Below are positions 22,084-32,392 of a stretch of DNA of 64,000 nt, piece by piece. Each line of letters begins with the position of its first letter. The first letter of the stretch is position 1. Where the stretch lies: the NCBI GenBank assembly GCA_963748815.1, contig CAVVKJ010000005.1:32001-96000 (forward strand), in the 5' to 3' direction. A program made the translations under genes and the position numbers. The notes under the pieces are model-generated. The model did not search any database and was not told the origin of the DNA. It saw only the letters and a list, made by a program, of their open reading frames with translations. The DNA is from an uncultured Gemmatimonadales bacterium. Lineage in GTDB: Bacteria > Gemmatimonadota > Gemmatimonadetes > Gemmatimonadales > GWC2-71-9.

Positions 22084-22112
22084 GTCACCCCGGCGAAAGC
22101 CGGGGTCCATGG
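22084..22112 (+). repeat. 29-bp REP-like palindrome, copy 1
   Basis: GTCACCCCGGCGAAAGCCGGGGTCCATGG; exact reverse complement of 35084-35112. Confidence 0.9.
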
Positions 22113-22188
22113 TGGTTGGGCACGAAGAACACGCACGTTGAGTCGAACGCCGTCGTGCCCTTCGCGTCTTCGTGTGAGTCCCTTCGCG

Positions 22189-24354
22189 TTACCGCAAGCG
22201 TTCGGTGCGCGATCGCGCCCGATCCGACAGCGTCACGTCCAGCGGGCCGCTCGTGTGGTCGAGCATGGCGCTGCCGCCATGAGCGAGCGAGAGAATCTGC
22301 CCGGTGGTGGCGTCGCGGATGACGGCAAGGGGATACTCCGCCGCGTTCCAGCGAACGGTGGAGGTCGAGCCAGAGCGTTCCAGTCGCAGGTTGGCGCTGC
22401 GGCCGGCGGCACCCGCGCCGGTCGTGGTCACTGCGGAACGCTGGCCGCGGCTCTCCAGCTGGAGCCGGGTCAGGGAGCCGCGCACCATCCTGAGCGGCAC
22501 CGCGAAGGCGAAGTGTTCTTCGCTCCCTGGCGCGTCGGCCACCGTCGAGCCACGGAACGCAAGGCGAAACGCCTCGCCGCCGTTGGCGTCGAAGCCCCGC
22601 AGGAGGTTCGGGCCGGCGGTCGCCGGGAGCAGCGCCTCGGTGACCGCCTCGAACGCTGGCTCGAGCACGATCGCTCCGTCACGAATCCGGCCCCACACGA
22701 TCAGGCTCGGCTCCCGCACGCCGCCGAGCTGGACCACCGAAGCGGGGCCGCGCTGGTTCATCACGCCGAGGTAGGTGTAGTCGCTGATCCACGTGCTGTT
22801 GCAGTACCCCATGAGGTCGGTCAGCGTCGGCGCCTTCAGCGCGCCGGTCACAAGGTCGTATCCCCACTGCCCGGTCACGCCGCCGCTGTAGGGGTAGTTC
22901 GGGTCGGACGAGCTGACCCCGCCACAGGGAGCGTGCGACCTCCCGAAATTGTGCCCGAGCTCGTGGGCGATGACGCCGGATGCGCTCGGCAGCTTGTCCC
23001 ACCCGACCGAGGTCTTGCCGGGCACGTAGCCGTATCCGGCAATCCCGCCACCGTAGGGCACCGCGATGACCCCATAATAGTTCTTGGTCCCGCCCTCCGC
23101 GGCGCGGAGCGTGTTGATCTCGCTCAGGATGCGGAGCCAGACGCCGTTGCCGTCGCCGGACTGGATCTGGGCAGTGTCGGTGTAGGTGTAGGCGGCGCGC
23201 ACGTCGACGTTGACGGCAGCGAGCGGGTGCATGCGCACGGTCTGGTCGACGAACTGTGCCGCGTTGGCGACGGTGACATTGCCGGTGGAGTTGTCGGCGG
23301 TGCGGTGCACCGGGACCAGGCGCAAGTCGAGCGTCGCCACGGTGCGCAGATTGAGGGTGACCGGCGTGCCGTTGGCGGGGTAGCTGTTGTCGGCGTCGCT
23401 CGATTCGGCGATGACGTTCGTGGGATCGACGTCGAGCACGACCTCGAGCCCCGGTTCCAGCAGCGAGGCGGGAAGCGTGGCGTTCCAGGTGCGGCTCAAC
23501 GCAGCCTGGCTCCCCACGGTATCGGTCGGGACGCTCGATCCTGGCGCCGGGATCGTCACGGTCTGGATCAGGGCCCCGGCGCGGTAGAAACGGGCCCGCA
23601 CCTCGGGTGCGGCGCTGTTGGCCTGGTTGGCGACCGCGAAGACGCGCAACAGACCGTTGCGCCCGGCGACGAGCGGAACGGATCGTCCGTAGGTCTGCAC
23701 GCTCTGCGTGACGTAGAAGCCGTCGATGCGAAGGTTCAGGGAGGTGGCCGACCGGACCGTGTACGCCACGGAGGCGGATGCGGCCGCGCTGCTCGAGACC
23801 GTCACTTGCTGGCTCGACGGCGTGGGGTCATAGAGGGTGGTCGAGCCGGCCACGCCCGCCGCCACGGTGTATGTGCCCGGCGCGAGGCCGGTGAGCGCGA
23901 CATTGCCGGTCTGGGTGGAGGAGTAGCCGCTCGGTCCCGCTATGGTGACGACGCCGTCGACCCCCGCCGGCAATCCGCTGACGGTCAGGCTGAGCGAGCC
24001 CGGTGTGGCACTGTACACGACGGGGGCAGTGGCGGCGGAACCGGCGGTGACCTGGGCCACCTGGGTGGTCGGCAGCGGAACATAGGCCGCGCCGCCATCG
24101 GTCACGTTCGTCGCCGTGATGGTATAGCTGCCGGGGGCCAGGTCGACCAGGGTCGCGGCGGAGGGTCCCACCACTTGGCTGAAGGCACCGGGTCCGGTCA
24201 CCGTGACACTGGCCGCCGCGGCTGGCGGAAGTCCACTGACGCCAACCACGAGGGAGCCCTTGGTGGGCCCGGTCGACTCCCCGCCGCCGCACGCCGCGAC
24301 GAGGAGCACCAGCAGGATCGGTAGGGGAATGCGAGTAAGTCTGGGCGGAGTCAT
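22189..24354 (-). CDS. Lipoprotein zinc metalloprotease (M66/StcE-like) with N-terminal Ig-like repeats
   Basis: Lipobox LVAAC, repeated VSGLP..VTVTGP..LAPG(S/T)YT modules, metzincin motif HELGHNFGRSH, Met-turn DLMGYC. Confidence 0.8.
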   Translation of the reverse strand: MTPPRLTRIPLPILLVLLVAACGGGESTGPTKGSLVVGVSGLPPAAAASVTVTGPGAFSQVVGPSAATLVDLAPGSYTITATNVTDGGAAYVPLPTTQVAQVTAGSAATAPVVYSATPGSLSLTVSGLPAGVDGVVTIAGPSGYSSTQTGNVALTGLAPGTYTVAAGVAGSTTLYDPTPSSQQVTVSSSAAASASVAYTVRSATSLNLRIDGFYVTQSVQTYGRSVPLVAGRNGLLRVFAVANQANSAAPEVRARFYRAGALIQTVTIPAPGSSVPTDTVGSQAALSRTWNATLPASLLEPGLEVVLDVDPTNVIAESSDADNSYPANGTPVTLNLRTVATLDLRLVPVHRTADNSTGNVTVANAAQFVDQTVRMHPLAAVNVDVRAAYTYTDTAQIQSGDGNGVWLRILSEINTLRAAEGGTKNYYGVIAVPYGGGIAGYGYVPGKTSVGWDKLPSASGVIAHELGHNFGRSHAPCGGVSSSDPNYPYSGGVTGQWGYDLVTGALKAPTLTDLMGYCNSTWISDYTYLGVMNQRGPASVVQLGGVREPSLIVWGRIRDGAIVLEPAFEAVTEALLPATAGPNLLRGFDANGGEAFRLAFRGSTVADAPGSEEHFAFAVPLRMVRGSLTRLQLESRGQRSAVTTTGAGAAGRSANLRLERSGSTSTVRWNAAEYPLAVIRDATTGQILSLAHGGSAMLDHTSGPLDVTLSDRARSRTERLR

Positions 24355-24472
24355 GGATACGAGCGGGGCAACCCACGTGCCCACCCTATCGGGGAAGCGG
24401 AAGTAATTATGCCGCAACGTTTTGGATGGCTTCGGCGCGGCCGTTTGCACCCCCTGGCCGGTGCGAAATGCG

Positions 24473-24841
24473 CTACTCGGGGAGCTTCTCCTCCCAGAGG
24501 GCCAGGACGTTTCCGTCCGGGTCGGCCACCATGGCCATGATGCCGAACCCCTGCTGCGTCGGTTCGGTCACAAATCTCACCCCCCGCTGGTGGAGACGTT
24601 CGCAGAAGTCGAGCAGGTTTTCGACATGCAGGGTGATGCCGGTTTCCCGCCCCACCATGGCCAGGGCGTTGGGGTGCACGGCGGGATGCACGCCGAGCCG
24701 GGTCTTGCCCTTCTCGCCCTCCATGAACTCGGCGCCGAACGAACCCTGGTGCAGGAGCGGGAGGCCGAGATGATCGCGGTAGAAGAGCAGCGCGCGGTCG
24801 ATGTCGGTCACGAAGATGGCGATGCTGTGGATGTGGGGCAT
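24473..24841 (-). CDS. VOC/glyoxalase family protein
   Basis: IFVTDIDRALLFYRDHLG..DPDGNVL. Confidence 0.88.
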   Translation of the reverse strand: MPHIHSIAIFVTDIDRALLFYRDHLGLPLLHQGSFGAEFMEGEKGKTRLGVHPAVHPNALAMVGRETGITLHVENLLDFCERLHQRGVRFVTEPTQQGFGIMAMVADPDGNVLALWEEKLPE

Positions 24842-24939
24842 GGGTAATAATTTGGCGGGGAAGCGGGGAAGCGGGGAAGTGAACAGGTGGATCTTGACGG
24901 GTGAAGGATAACCGATATCCCCCTGCTAGGCCGTCGCTC

Positions 24940-25320
24940 CTACCCCGCCAGACTCCGGATATGTCCCGCCACCGCCAGCAGTTCCTTGCCGTTCATCCGC
25001 ATGATGAAGCGCCGGCTCACCGAGCTGATCATCTTGACCGCCCCCGCAATGCCAAGCCTGGCCGATTGCTGGGCCAACTGGCCGGCGTTGGAAAGCTTCA
25101 GCGCCCGCAGGTAGTAGTAGTCCATCCCGGTCTCGGTCAGGTCGGCGACCAGGTCGGCGAGCGCGTCCCGGTGGTCTTCGGGATCGTCCGCCTCCTCGAG
25201 GGCCGCGAGGACCGCGCGCATCCGCGCCGCGGACTCCTCGGAGTGATGAAACCGAAGGGTGGGTCCGCCGGCAGAACCGCCGGCGGAGCGCGTTGCTGAC
25301 TTCCTGTCGGTCGAGGCCAT
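24940..25320 (-). CDS. Hypothetical helical protein
   Basis: ORF with genome-typical codon use filling the gap; start taken at MASTDRK. Confidence 0.6.
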   Translation of the reverse strand: MASTDRKSATRSAGGSAGGPTLRFHHSEESAARMRAVLAALEEADDPEDHRDALADLVADLTETGMDYYYLRALKLSNAGQLAQQSARLGIAGAVKMISSVSRRFIMRMNGKELLAVAGHIRSLAG

Positions 25321-25474
25321 GGGGATCCGCTCACGGGTCGATGGGTTCCTGCGCACGAAGATGCCGCTGCCGTGCGGCGCAATCTACTCGCTGCGGATTG
25401 ATTCTGGGCTCGTTCCCGCTGGCGCCCTTCCCCGCCCCGCCGTACCTTCGACGGTCATCCTCTCTGGAGCGCCC

Positions 25475-26803
25475 GTGGCCGTTACGTATGCGCGTCGTCT
25501 CGGTCTCTTTTCCGGCACCATGTCCGTCATCGGGGGGATCATCGGTGCGGGCATCTTTCTCAATCCAGCCATCGTGGCGCAGCGGGTCGGTACCTCCACC
25601 GCGACCATCGGTGTCTGGGTGGGGGGCGGGTTCGTTGCCCTGATCGGGGCGTTCATTTACGGCGAACTCGGGCAACGGCGGCCCAAGGTGGGTGGCGGGT
25701 ACGCCTACCTCCGCGAGGCGTTCGGTCCCTTTCCGGCCTTTCTCTACGCCTGGGGGCTGCTGCTGATCATCGCCCCCGGCGCCATCGCCGCGGTCGCGGT
25801 TACCGCCGGCAACTACGGCGCGGCGTTCTTCGGGGTCTCGCCCGCGATCGCACGTCCAGCCGCCGTGACAGCGATCCTCCTGCTGACGCTCGTCAATTGC
25901 CTTGGCGTGACCTTCGGCGCTGTGACGCAGAATGTATTTACCGTCCTCAAACTGGCGGCCATTGGCATGGTGGTCGTCGCCGGGATCTTCGCCCTGGGGA
26001 ATCCCGCACCGCCCTGTCTCGATTGCGCCGCGCTGGCGGTGCCTGATGGAGGCGGGGCCATGATCGGCGCCGTGGGGGCAGCACTGGTGCCCGTCCTGTT
26101 TTCCTACGGGGGGTGGCAACAGACCAACTTCATCGCCGAGGAGCTCATCGAGCCCGAGAGGAACCTGCCGAGGGCGCTGGTGCTGGGTGTCGTGGTGGTG
26201 GTGCTGGTCTACGTGCTGGCGAACGCGGCATATCTTGGCGCGCTTGGCGTGACGGGCCTCGCCGCGAGTTCGGCACCGGCGGCGGATACGATGGAAGTGT
26301 TGCTCGGACCGGCGGGCCGCGTCGTGATCACCGCGGGGATCGTCTTTTCCACGTTCGGGTTCCTGAATCTCGTGATTCTCGTGACGCCGCGGGTCTTCCA
26401 GGCGATGGCCGCCGACGGGCTCTTCTTCGAGCGATTCGCCCGGTTGCACCCGAGATTCCGCACGCCGGTGGCGGCCATCGTCTTCCTCGGTGTGTGGTCG
26501 GCTGCGTTGGTGTACTCGGGTCAGTACGGCGCCCTCCTGGACTACGTGGTCTTCGCCGACTGGATCTTCTTCGGCCTCACCGCGCTGACGCTGGTGGTGT
26601 TCCGGCGGCGGGACGGGGTGGCAGGCGTTCGCTTTCGGGTACCGGCCCTTCCGGTGGCGATGACGATCTTTGTCGGAGTGGCTGGGTATGTGGTGGTGGG
26701 CTCGATCCTGTCCAATCCGGGCAATGCGGTTCGCGGGGCGGGCCTACTTGCCCTCGGCTTGCCGGTCTACCTCTACTGGCGTTCGGTAGGTATCCGCAGC
26801 TAG
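25475..26803 (+). CDS. APC family amino acid permease
   Basis: GGIIGAGIF, GGGYAYL, FSYGGW, AEELIEPERNLP, HPRFRTP; about 12 TM. Confidence 0.92.
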   Translation: MAVTYARRLGLFSGTMSVIGGIIGAGIFLNPAIVAQRVGTSTATIGVWVGGGFVALIGAFIYGELGQRRPKVGGGYAYLREAFGPFPAFLYAWGLLLIIAPGAIAAVAVTAGNYGAAFFGVSPAIARPAAVTAILLLTLVNCLGVTFGAVTQNVFTVLKLAAIGMVVVAGIFALGNPAPPCLDCAALAVPDGGGAMIGAVGAALVPVLFSYGGWQQTNFIAEELIEPERNLPRALVLGVVVVVLVYVLANAAYLGALGVTGLAASSAPAADTMEVLLGPAGRVVITAGIVFSTFGFLNLVILVTPRVFQAMAADGLFFERFARLHPRFRTPVAAIVFLGVWSAALVYSGQYGALLDYVVFADWIFFGLTALTLVVFRRRDGVAGVRFRVPALPVAMTIFVGVAGYVVVGSILSNPGNAVRGAGLLALGLPVYLYWRSVGIRS

Positions 26804-27732
26804 CCGTTTCGGAGGGTAGCCCAGGCGTTCCGCCAGTTCCGACGCATCAGCTCGAGCCCGGGGCGCGCCAGCGGAGTGTCTCCGAAGCGGGCCCGGAACT
26901 CTTCCTCCGTCATGATCTCGAAGAAGTCCTCCCCAGCCTCTCGCAATTCACCCCTGTCCCGGAACTCCGTGACGGGCGACTCTGTGGCAAAGCGCAAATT
27001 CCAGGGGCAGACATCGTTGCAGACATCGCAGCCGAACGCCCAACCGCCTAATTGGCCGGCCAGCTCGGCGGGAATCTCATTCTTGTACTCAATTGTGAGG
27101 TAGGAGATGCACTTGGTAGCGTCCAGGACGTAGGGCTCGACGAAGGCGTCCGTTGGGCAGGCGTCGAGGCACTTGGTGCAGCTGCCACAGTGGTCGGTGG
27201 CAAACGGCGGGTCGATGTCGAGAGGGATGTCGGTGAAGATGCTGCCGATGACAAACCAGGAGCCGATTCCGGGGCGGAGGAGCATGGTGTTCTTGCCGAT
27301 CCAGCCCAGGCCGGCCCGCTCGGCGAGCTCCCGCTCCGGCACCGGACCAGTGTCGACATATGGCCGCGCCGTCCTGGCTCCGTGCTTCAGGAGCAATTCT
27401 GCCAACTCATTGATTCTGTTGAAAGTAACTAAGTGGTAGTCTTTGCTACGACTATACATCGCTGTCTTTGGGACGCTGGCCTTGTCGGCTGAATCACGGT
27501 AGTAGTAGTTATCAAGAATAACAACAGCTCTGGTTGCTTCCGTGTCGATCAGGCGGAGGTCCTTTCGCTTCTTCGCCTGGCGGTGGATGTACCGCATGTT
27601 CCCGCCGTATCCCTTATCCAGCCAGCTGGTGAGCGCCCCGGCGCGGGCCGAGGGTCCCAGATCGGTTATGCCGCAGGCCACGAAGCCGAGTTCGGCGGCG
27701 CGCGACTTTACCTCCGCTGCGGTCAGGGTCAT
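26800..27732 (-). CDS. queG: tRNA epoxyqueuosine(34) reductase QueG
   Basis: DYH, VDTGPVPER, AGLGWIGKN, CGSCTKCLDACPT, CISYLTIE, FGCDVCNDVCPWN. Confidence 0.96.
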   Translation of the reverse strand: MTLTAAEVKSRAAELGFVACGITDLGPSARAGALTSWLDKGYGGNMRYIHRQAKKRKDLRLIDTEATRAVVILDNYYYRDSADKASVPKTAMYSRSKDYHLVTFNRINELAELLLKHGARTARPYVDTGPVPERELAERAGLGWIGKNTMLLRPGIGSWFVIGSIFTDIPLDIDPPFATDHCGSCTKCLDACPTDAFVEPYVLDATKCISYLTIEYKNEIPAELAGQLGGWAFGCDVCNDVCPWNLRFATESPVTEFRDRGELREAGEDFFEIMTEEEFRARFGDTPLARPGLELMRRNWRNAWATLRNG

Positions 27733-28988
27733 GTGGGAGACCGCTGATCCTGCCCGGTGATGATCCGGGCTCCTCTCGCGTAGGTGATGTACGAAATGGC
27801 CCACTCGATCATGACCAGGAGCCGGTTGCGGAATCCGATCAGGAAGAAAATGTGGACGAACACCCACGCAAACCACGCGACGAAGCCGCCGAAGTGAAGC
27901 CGACCCAGGTCCGCCACTCCCCGCCCCCGTCCGATCACGGCCAGTTGGCCACGATCCCGGTAGACGAACCGGTCCCGGGAGCGGCCCCCGAGATCCCGCA
28001 GGATGGTGAGGGCGGCGAACCGGCCCTGCTGGATGGCGACGGGGCAGAGCCCGGGGAGGAAGCTGCCCTCACCGGTCTCGAATGCAGCTGCATCGCCGAG
28101 GACAAACACCTCAGCATGGTCGGGGACAGTGCAGTCCGGCCGCACGAGCACCCGGCCGCTTCGATCGAGCGGGGCTCCGAGTGACTCCAGGAGTGGGCTT
28201 GCCCGGTTCCCGGCGGCCCAGACGACGGTATGGGTGGGAATCACCAGCTTGCCGGCCGAGACATGATCCGGCTGGACGTCGGTCACGAACGTTTCGGTGC
28301 GGACCTCGACGCCGAGGCGCCGGAGGGCCTCGCGCGCATCGGCGGCGAGCGTGGCGGGATAGCTGGGCAGCAGCTGGCGTCCCCCCTCGAGCAGCATCAC
28401 CGTCGCGGCACGGGGGTCGATTCGCCGGAAATCTCGGCGGAGGGCGAACTGTCGAATTTCCGCGAGGGCGCCGGCCACTTCCACCCCAGTCGGTCCCCCG
28501 CCGACGACCACGAACGTCAGGAGCGCCCGCCGCTTCTCCACGTCCGGTTCCCGTTCCGCCGCCTCGAACGCGAGGAGCACCCGCCTCCGAACTTCCTCGG
28601 CATCGTCCGCCGTCTTGAGGCCCGGCGCGAACCGCTCCCAGGCGTCGTGCCCGAAGTAGTCGTGGCGCACGCCGGGCGCCAGCAGGAGGTAATCGTACGA
28701 CAGCGCGCTCCCGTCTGCGAGCTTGAGGGAACGGGCGGACAGGTCAACGGCCGCCACCTCCGCCATGAGCACCTCGGTATTCCTCTGGCGCCGGAGGATC
28801 GACCGGATGGGGGAGGCGATATCGCTGGTGTCCAGAGCGGCGGTGGCCACCTGGTAGAGCATCGGCTGGAAGAGGTGGTAGTTGGTTCGATCGATGACGG
28901 TGACGTCGACTGGCGTGCGCCGCAACGCCTTGGCGGCGTACAGGCCGGCAAATCCTCCTCCGACGATTACTACGCGGGGACGCGACAC
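27729..28988 (-). CDS. Type II NADH dehydrogenase family FAD oxidoreductase
   Basis: GGGFAG, HLFQPMLYQVAT, GGGPTGVEVAG, GD..PVAIQQG, HIFFLIGFRNR. Confidence 0.92.
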   Translation of the reverse strand: MSRPRVVIVGGGFAGLYAAKALRRTPVDVTVIDRTNYHLFQPMLYQVATAALDTSDIASPIRSILRRQRNTEVLMAEVAAVDLSARSLKLADGSALSYDYLLLAPGVRHDYFGHDAWERFAPGLKTADDAEEVRRRVLLAFEAAEREPDVEKRRALLTFVVVGGGPTGVEVAGALAEIRQFALRRDFRRIDPRAATVMLLEGGRQLLPSYPATLAADAREALRRLGVEVRTETFVTDVQPDHVSAGKLVIPTHTVVWAAGNRASPLLESLGAPLDRSGRVLVRPDCTVPDHAEVFVLGDAAAFETGEGSFLPGLCPVAIQQGRFAALTILRDLGGRSRDRFVYRDRGQLAVIGRGRGVADLGRLHFGGFVAWFAWVFVHIFFLIGFRNRLLVMIEWAISYITYARGARIITGQDQRSPT

Positions 28989-28993
28989 GCCGA

Positions 28994-29299
28994 TCAGAGT
29001 CCCATCGTCTCCCGGCGCCAGCGGACAAACCGCAGCATGTCCTCGAGCGGCGGGACCGTGTCTTCGGCGCCGTAGGCGGTATACATCCGCCAGCGAAGGT
29101 AGGTCGTGTCCGGGAGCGGAAGGAAGGGGGGCATTGCCCACCACCGGCGGCGACGGAAGGCCCAGCCGGCGCGGAGCAGGTCCACTGCCAGCCGGGGATT
29201 GACTGCCGCACGCAGCGTGGCGGCGGCGAGGAGCGTCACCCAGGACCCACGGAACGCCGCGGCTCCCGGGTGCTCCGGATGGTGGGGGGCGGGGAGCAT
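28994..29299 (-). CDS. Small hypothetical protein
   Basis: Protein-like segment WW..PPFLPLPD..YLRWRMYTAYG; ends 5 nt before the NDH-2 start. Confidence 0.65.
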   Translation of the reverse strand: MLPAPHHPEHPGAAAFRGSWVTLLAAATLRAAVNPRLAVDLLRAGWAFRRRRWWAMPPFLPLPDTTYLRWRMYTAYGAEDTVPPLEDMLRFVRWRRETMGL

Positions 29300-29416
29300 G
29301 GGGGCAATATATACAAGGACGGAGGCGCGGGGATTGAAGGCGGGCGCCGAACGGCGGGGGTGGCAGGCATCCGCGACGGCGGTAGTATTCTCCTGCCGTG
29401 CTGTTGGCCGCGAATC

Positions 29417-30490
29417 ATGCCGTTTGGAGTGTACATGCTGCTGAGTGCCGTCCTGCTTGGTACCGCGCTTCTTCTGACCCCGCCCTCGGTGCTGGGTCCG
29501 AAGACGGACATCCTGTACATGAAGAATGGCGACAAGCTGACCTGCGAGATCAAGTCGATGGACGCGGGGGGCATCTACGTAAGCCTCGACTATGTCGATG
29601 GAAGCATCTCGGTAGAATGGTCGCGCCTGGCGCGCCTCGAGAGCCCGAACCTCTTCCTCGTGGAACTCGACGACGGCACGGTATACACCGGCAATCTCTC
29701 GATTCATCCGGTGGAAGGGAGCGACTCGGTCCTGGTGGAAATCACTGCGCTGGACGGCCGCCGGGTGGTGTTCGACAAGTCCCAGATTGCCGGGTTCAGC
29801 AGCACGTCGGCTTCGTTCTGGGGTCGTCTCAATGGCAACATCTCGTCGGGCATCAGCTACGCGAAGGGCAATGAGACAACCACCTACAACGTCAGCGCGA
29901 ACGTCAACTATCCGCAGCCGAGGTGGAGCGCCGCCGTCGGGGCCAACTCCAACTTCTCCAACAGTTCGGGCGCGGACGCATCGACCCGCAACCAGCTCCA
30001 GCTCACGTTCGGTCACCTCATGCGCTGGAACAACTGGTACTACACCGGATTCGGCAGCGGGCTTCAGAGCTCCGAGCAGCAAATCAGCGTGCAGACCAAC
30101 CTGGGCGGCGGCGTGGGCCGGTACCTGAAGAAGACCAGCAACGTGCGGATATCCGTGGCGGGTGGGCTGGTCTGGCAGGGGACGACCTACGAGTCCTCGG
30201 TGTCCACGGCGTCGCGAGAAGACATGGTCGGAGCGATGATCCTGGGGACGGTCAACTACGTGAAATTCAAGAAGACCACCCTCACCCTGACCGCCAACGC
30301 GATCCCGTCCCTCAGCGACGCAGGTCGGTTCTACTTCAACACCAACGCCAGCTATTTCCTGAAGCTCTTCGGCCAGGTCAACTGGAATCTCTCCTTTTAC
30401 GGCAACTGGGACACCCAGCCCCCGGCGGGCACCTCCGGCAATGACTACGGCATCAACTCCGGGCTCAGCTTCACCTTTGGCAACCAGTAG
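29417..30490 (+). CDS. DUF481-like outer-membrane beta-barrel protein
   Basis: Signal peptide, DILYMKNGDKLT N-domain, amphipathic strands ending SGLSFTF. Start uncertain. Confidence 0.75.
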   Translation: MPFGVYMLLSAVLLGTALLLTPPSVLGPKTDILYMKNGDKLTCEIKSMDAGGIYVSLDYVDGSISVEWSRLARLESPNLFLVELDDGTVYTGNLSIHPVEGSDSVLVEITALDGRRVVFDKSQIAGFSSTSASFWGRLNGNISSGISYAKGNETTTYNVSANVNYPQPRWSAAVGANSNFSNSSGADASTRNQLQLTFGHLMRWNNWYYTGFGSGLQSSEQQISVQTNLGGGVGRYLKKTSNVRISVAGGLVWQGTTYESSVSTASREDMVGAMILGTVNYVKFKKTTLTLTANAIPSLSDAGRFYFNTNASYFLKLFGQVNWNLSFYGNWDTQPPAGTSGNDYGINSGLSFTFGNQ

Positions 30491-30494
30491 CGGC

Positions 30495-31634
30495 GTGGCC
30501 CTCGACCTGGCCGCGCGCTACCGCGCCGAATTTCCCATCTTCGACCGCTGTACCTACCTCAACAGCTGTTCGCTGGGCGCCTTGTCCCGGCGCTCCCGGG
30601 CGCGGGTCAACGACTACCTCGACCTCTGGGACAGCCGGGGCGCCTCGGCATGGTATGAGACCTGGTGGGCGGCCCTCGAGGAACTCCGTCGCCGGTACGG
30701 GGCGCTGATCCACGCCCCCTCCGGCGCCGTCGCCCTGCATCCGAACGTATCCAGCGGGCTCGGCGTCGTCGCCTCCGCCATCGACTACACCCGCCGCCCC
30801 AGGGTGGTCGTCACCAGCCTCGACTTCCCCACCATCGGCTACCAGTGGATGGCCAAGGCGCGCGATGGGGTCGAGGTCGTGATCCTCGAGAGTCCGGACG
30901 GCGTCGGGGTGCCGCTGGAGATGTACGAGCGCGCGGTGGACGGGCGCACCGCGCTCGTGGCCACCAGCCATGTGTTCTTCACCAGCGGCGCCATCCAGGA
31001 TGTCCAGGCGCTGGCCGGGATCGCGCACCGCGCCGGCGCACTCTGCCTGGTGGACGGCTACCAGGCGGCCGGCCAGCTGCCGGTGGACGTCCAGTCGCTG
31101 GACGTGGACTTCTATCTCGGGGGCGGGCTCAAGTGGCTGCTGGGAGGGACGGGCGTGGCGTTCGTGTATGCGCGGCCGGGCCTGACCCCCGCCCTGGATC
31201 CCACGGTGACGGGGTGGTTTGCGCATCGGGAGCAGTTCCGCTTTGATTCCCGCGCGCTGGAGCTGCATGACGACGCCCGGCGACTGGAGGCGGGGACGCC
31301 ACCGCTGATGCCGGTGTACGCGCAGCTGGGAGGGCTCGACATCCTCGAGGCGATTGGCATCACGGCGGTGCGTGCCGCCACCGCCGCGCTGACGGAGGAC
31401 TTGATCTCCCTGGCGACGGCCGCCGGTCTCGCGCCGAAGGTGGCGGCGCGTCCAGACGAGCGGAGTGCCATCGTCATGCTCCCGTCGCCCGACCCCGCGG
31501 CGGACGTCCGCCGGCTCGCCGACGCGGGGTTCATCGTGGACGCGCGGCCGGGTCATGTCCGGGTGTCACCCTATTTCTATAACGTGCCCGACGATCACCG
31601 GGCCCTGCTGGAGTGCCTGACCGATGGCCGCTGA
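30495..31634 (+). CDS. Class V PLP aminotransferase (kynureninase/cysteine desulfurase-like)
   Basis: YLNSCSLG, DFPT, VDGYQAAG, PLP lysine in LKWLLGG, RVSPYFYN. Confidence 0.88.
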   Translation: MALDLAARYRAEFPIFDRCTYLNSCSLGALSRRSRARVNDYLDLWDSRGASAWYETWWAALEELRRRYGALIHAPSGAVALHPNVSSGLGVVASAIDYTRRPRVVVTSLDFPTIGYQWMAKARDGVEVVILESPDGVGVPLEMYERAVDGRTALVATSHVFFTSGAIQDVQALAGIAHRAGALCLVDGYQAAGQLPVDVQSLDVDFYLGGGLKWLLGGTGVAFVYARPGLTPALDPTVTGWFAHREQFRFDSRALELHDDARRLEAGTPPLMPVYAQLGGLDILEAIGITAVRAATAALTEDLISLATAAGLAPKVAARPDERSAIVMLPSPDPAADVRRLADAGFIVDARPGHVRVSPYFYNVPDDHRALLECLTDGR

Positions 31635-32367
31635 CGCACCAATCCCGCCCGACCGTCCCGTCGACCGCAGCCTGACCGAGGACGAGCTGCTGTTCGACCG
31701 GTTTGCCACCGATGCCGAGCGGCGGCGCGCCGACGCGCTCAAGATCAGTGATTCATGGCGGGTGCTGCGGATCATGGGGGAGTTCGTCTGGGGGTTCGAC
31801 AACCTGGCGTCCATCAAGGATGGGGTGTCGATCTTCGGTTCGGCCCGGACCAGGCCGGACAACCGGTACTACCGCGACGCGGTGGCCGTTGCCCAGCTGC
31901 TGGCGGCGCACAGGATTCCGGTCATCACCGGCGGCGGCCCTGGCATCATGGAAGCGGGCAATCGCGGCGCCAAAGAGGCGGGTGGCGAATCGGTGGGTTG
32001 CAACATCGAGCTGCCGTTCGAGCAGGGCAACAACCCGTACCTGACCAAGAACCTGCTCTTCAAGTTCTTCTTCGTCCGGAAGACGATGTTCGTGAAGTAC
32101 GCCACCGCCTTCATCGTCTTCCCCGGCGGGTACGGGACGATGGACGAGCTCTTCGAGGCGCTGACCCTGATCCAGACCGGCAAGGTGAAGTCGTTTCCCG
32201 TCATCCTCTTTGGCCGGGCCTACTGGGAGGGGATGGTCGAGTGGCTCTCGCGCACCGTGGCGGGCGCGGGGAACATCGACACCGGCGACCTGACCCTTTT
32301 TCACCTGACCGACGACCCGGAAGAGGCCGTCCGGATCGTTCTCGAAGCGCGCGCCAAGCGCGCCTGA
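31624..32367 (+). CDS. LOG family (TIGR00730) nucleotide phosphoribohydrolase
   Basis: [31 protein letters not shown]. Confidence 0.93.
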   Translation: MAADAPIPPDRPVDRSLTEDELLFDRFATDAERRRADALKISDSWRVLRIMGEFVWGFDNLASIKDGVSIFGSARTRPDNRYYRDAVAVAQLLAAHRIPVITGGGPGIMEAGNRGAKEAGGESVGCNIELPFEQGNNPYLTKNLLFKFFFVRKTMFVKYATAFIVFPGGYGTMDELFEALTLIQTGKVKSFPVILFGRAYWEGMVEWLSRTVAGAGNIDTGDLTLFHLTDDPEEAVRIVLEARAKRA

Positions 32368-32392
32368 CCTTTCGTCCACACCGGAGCACGGC

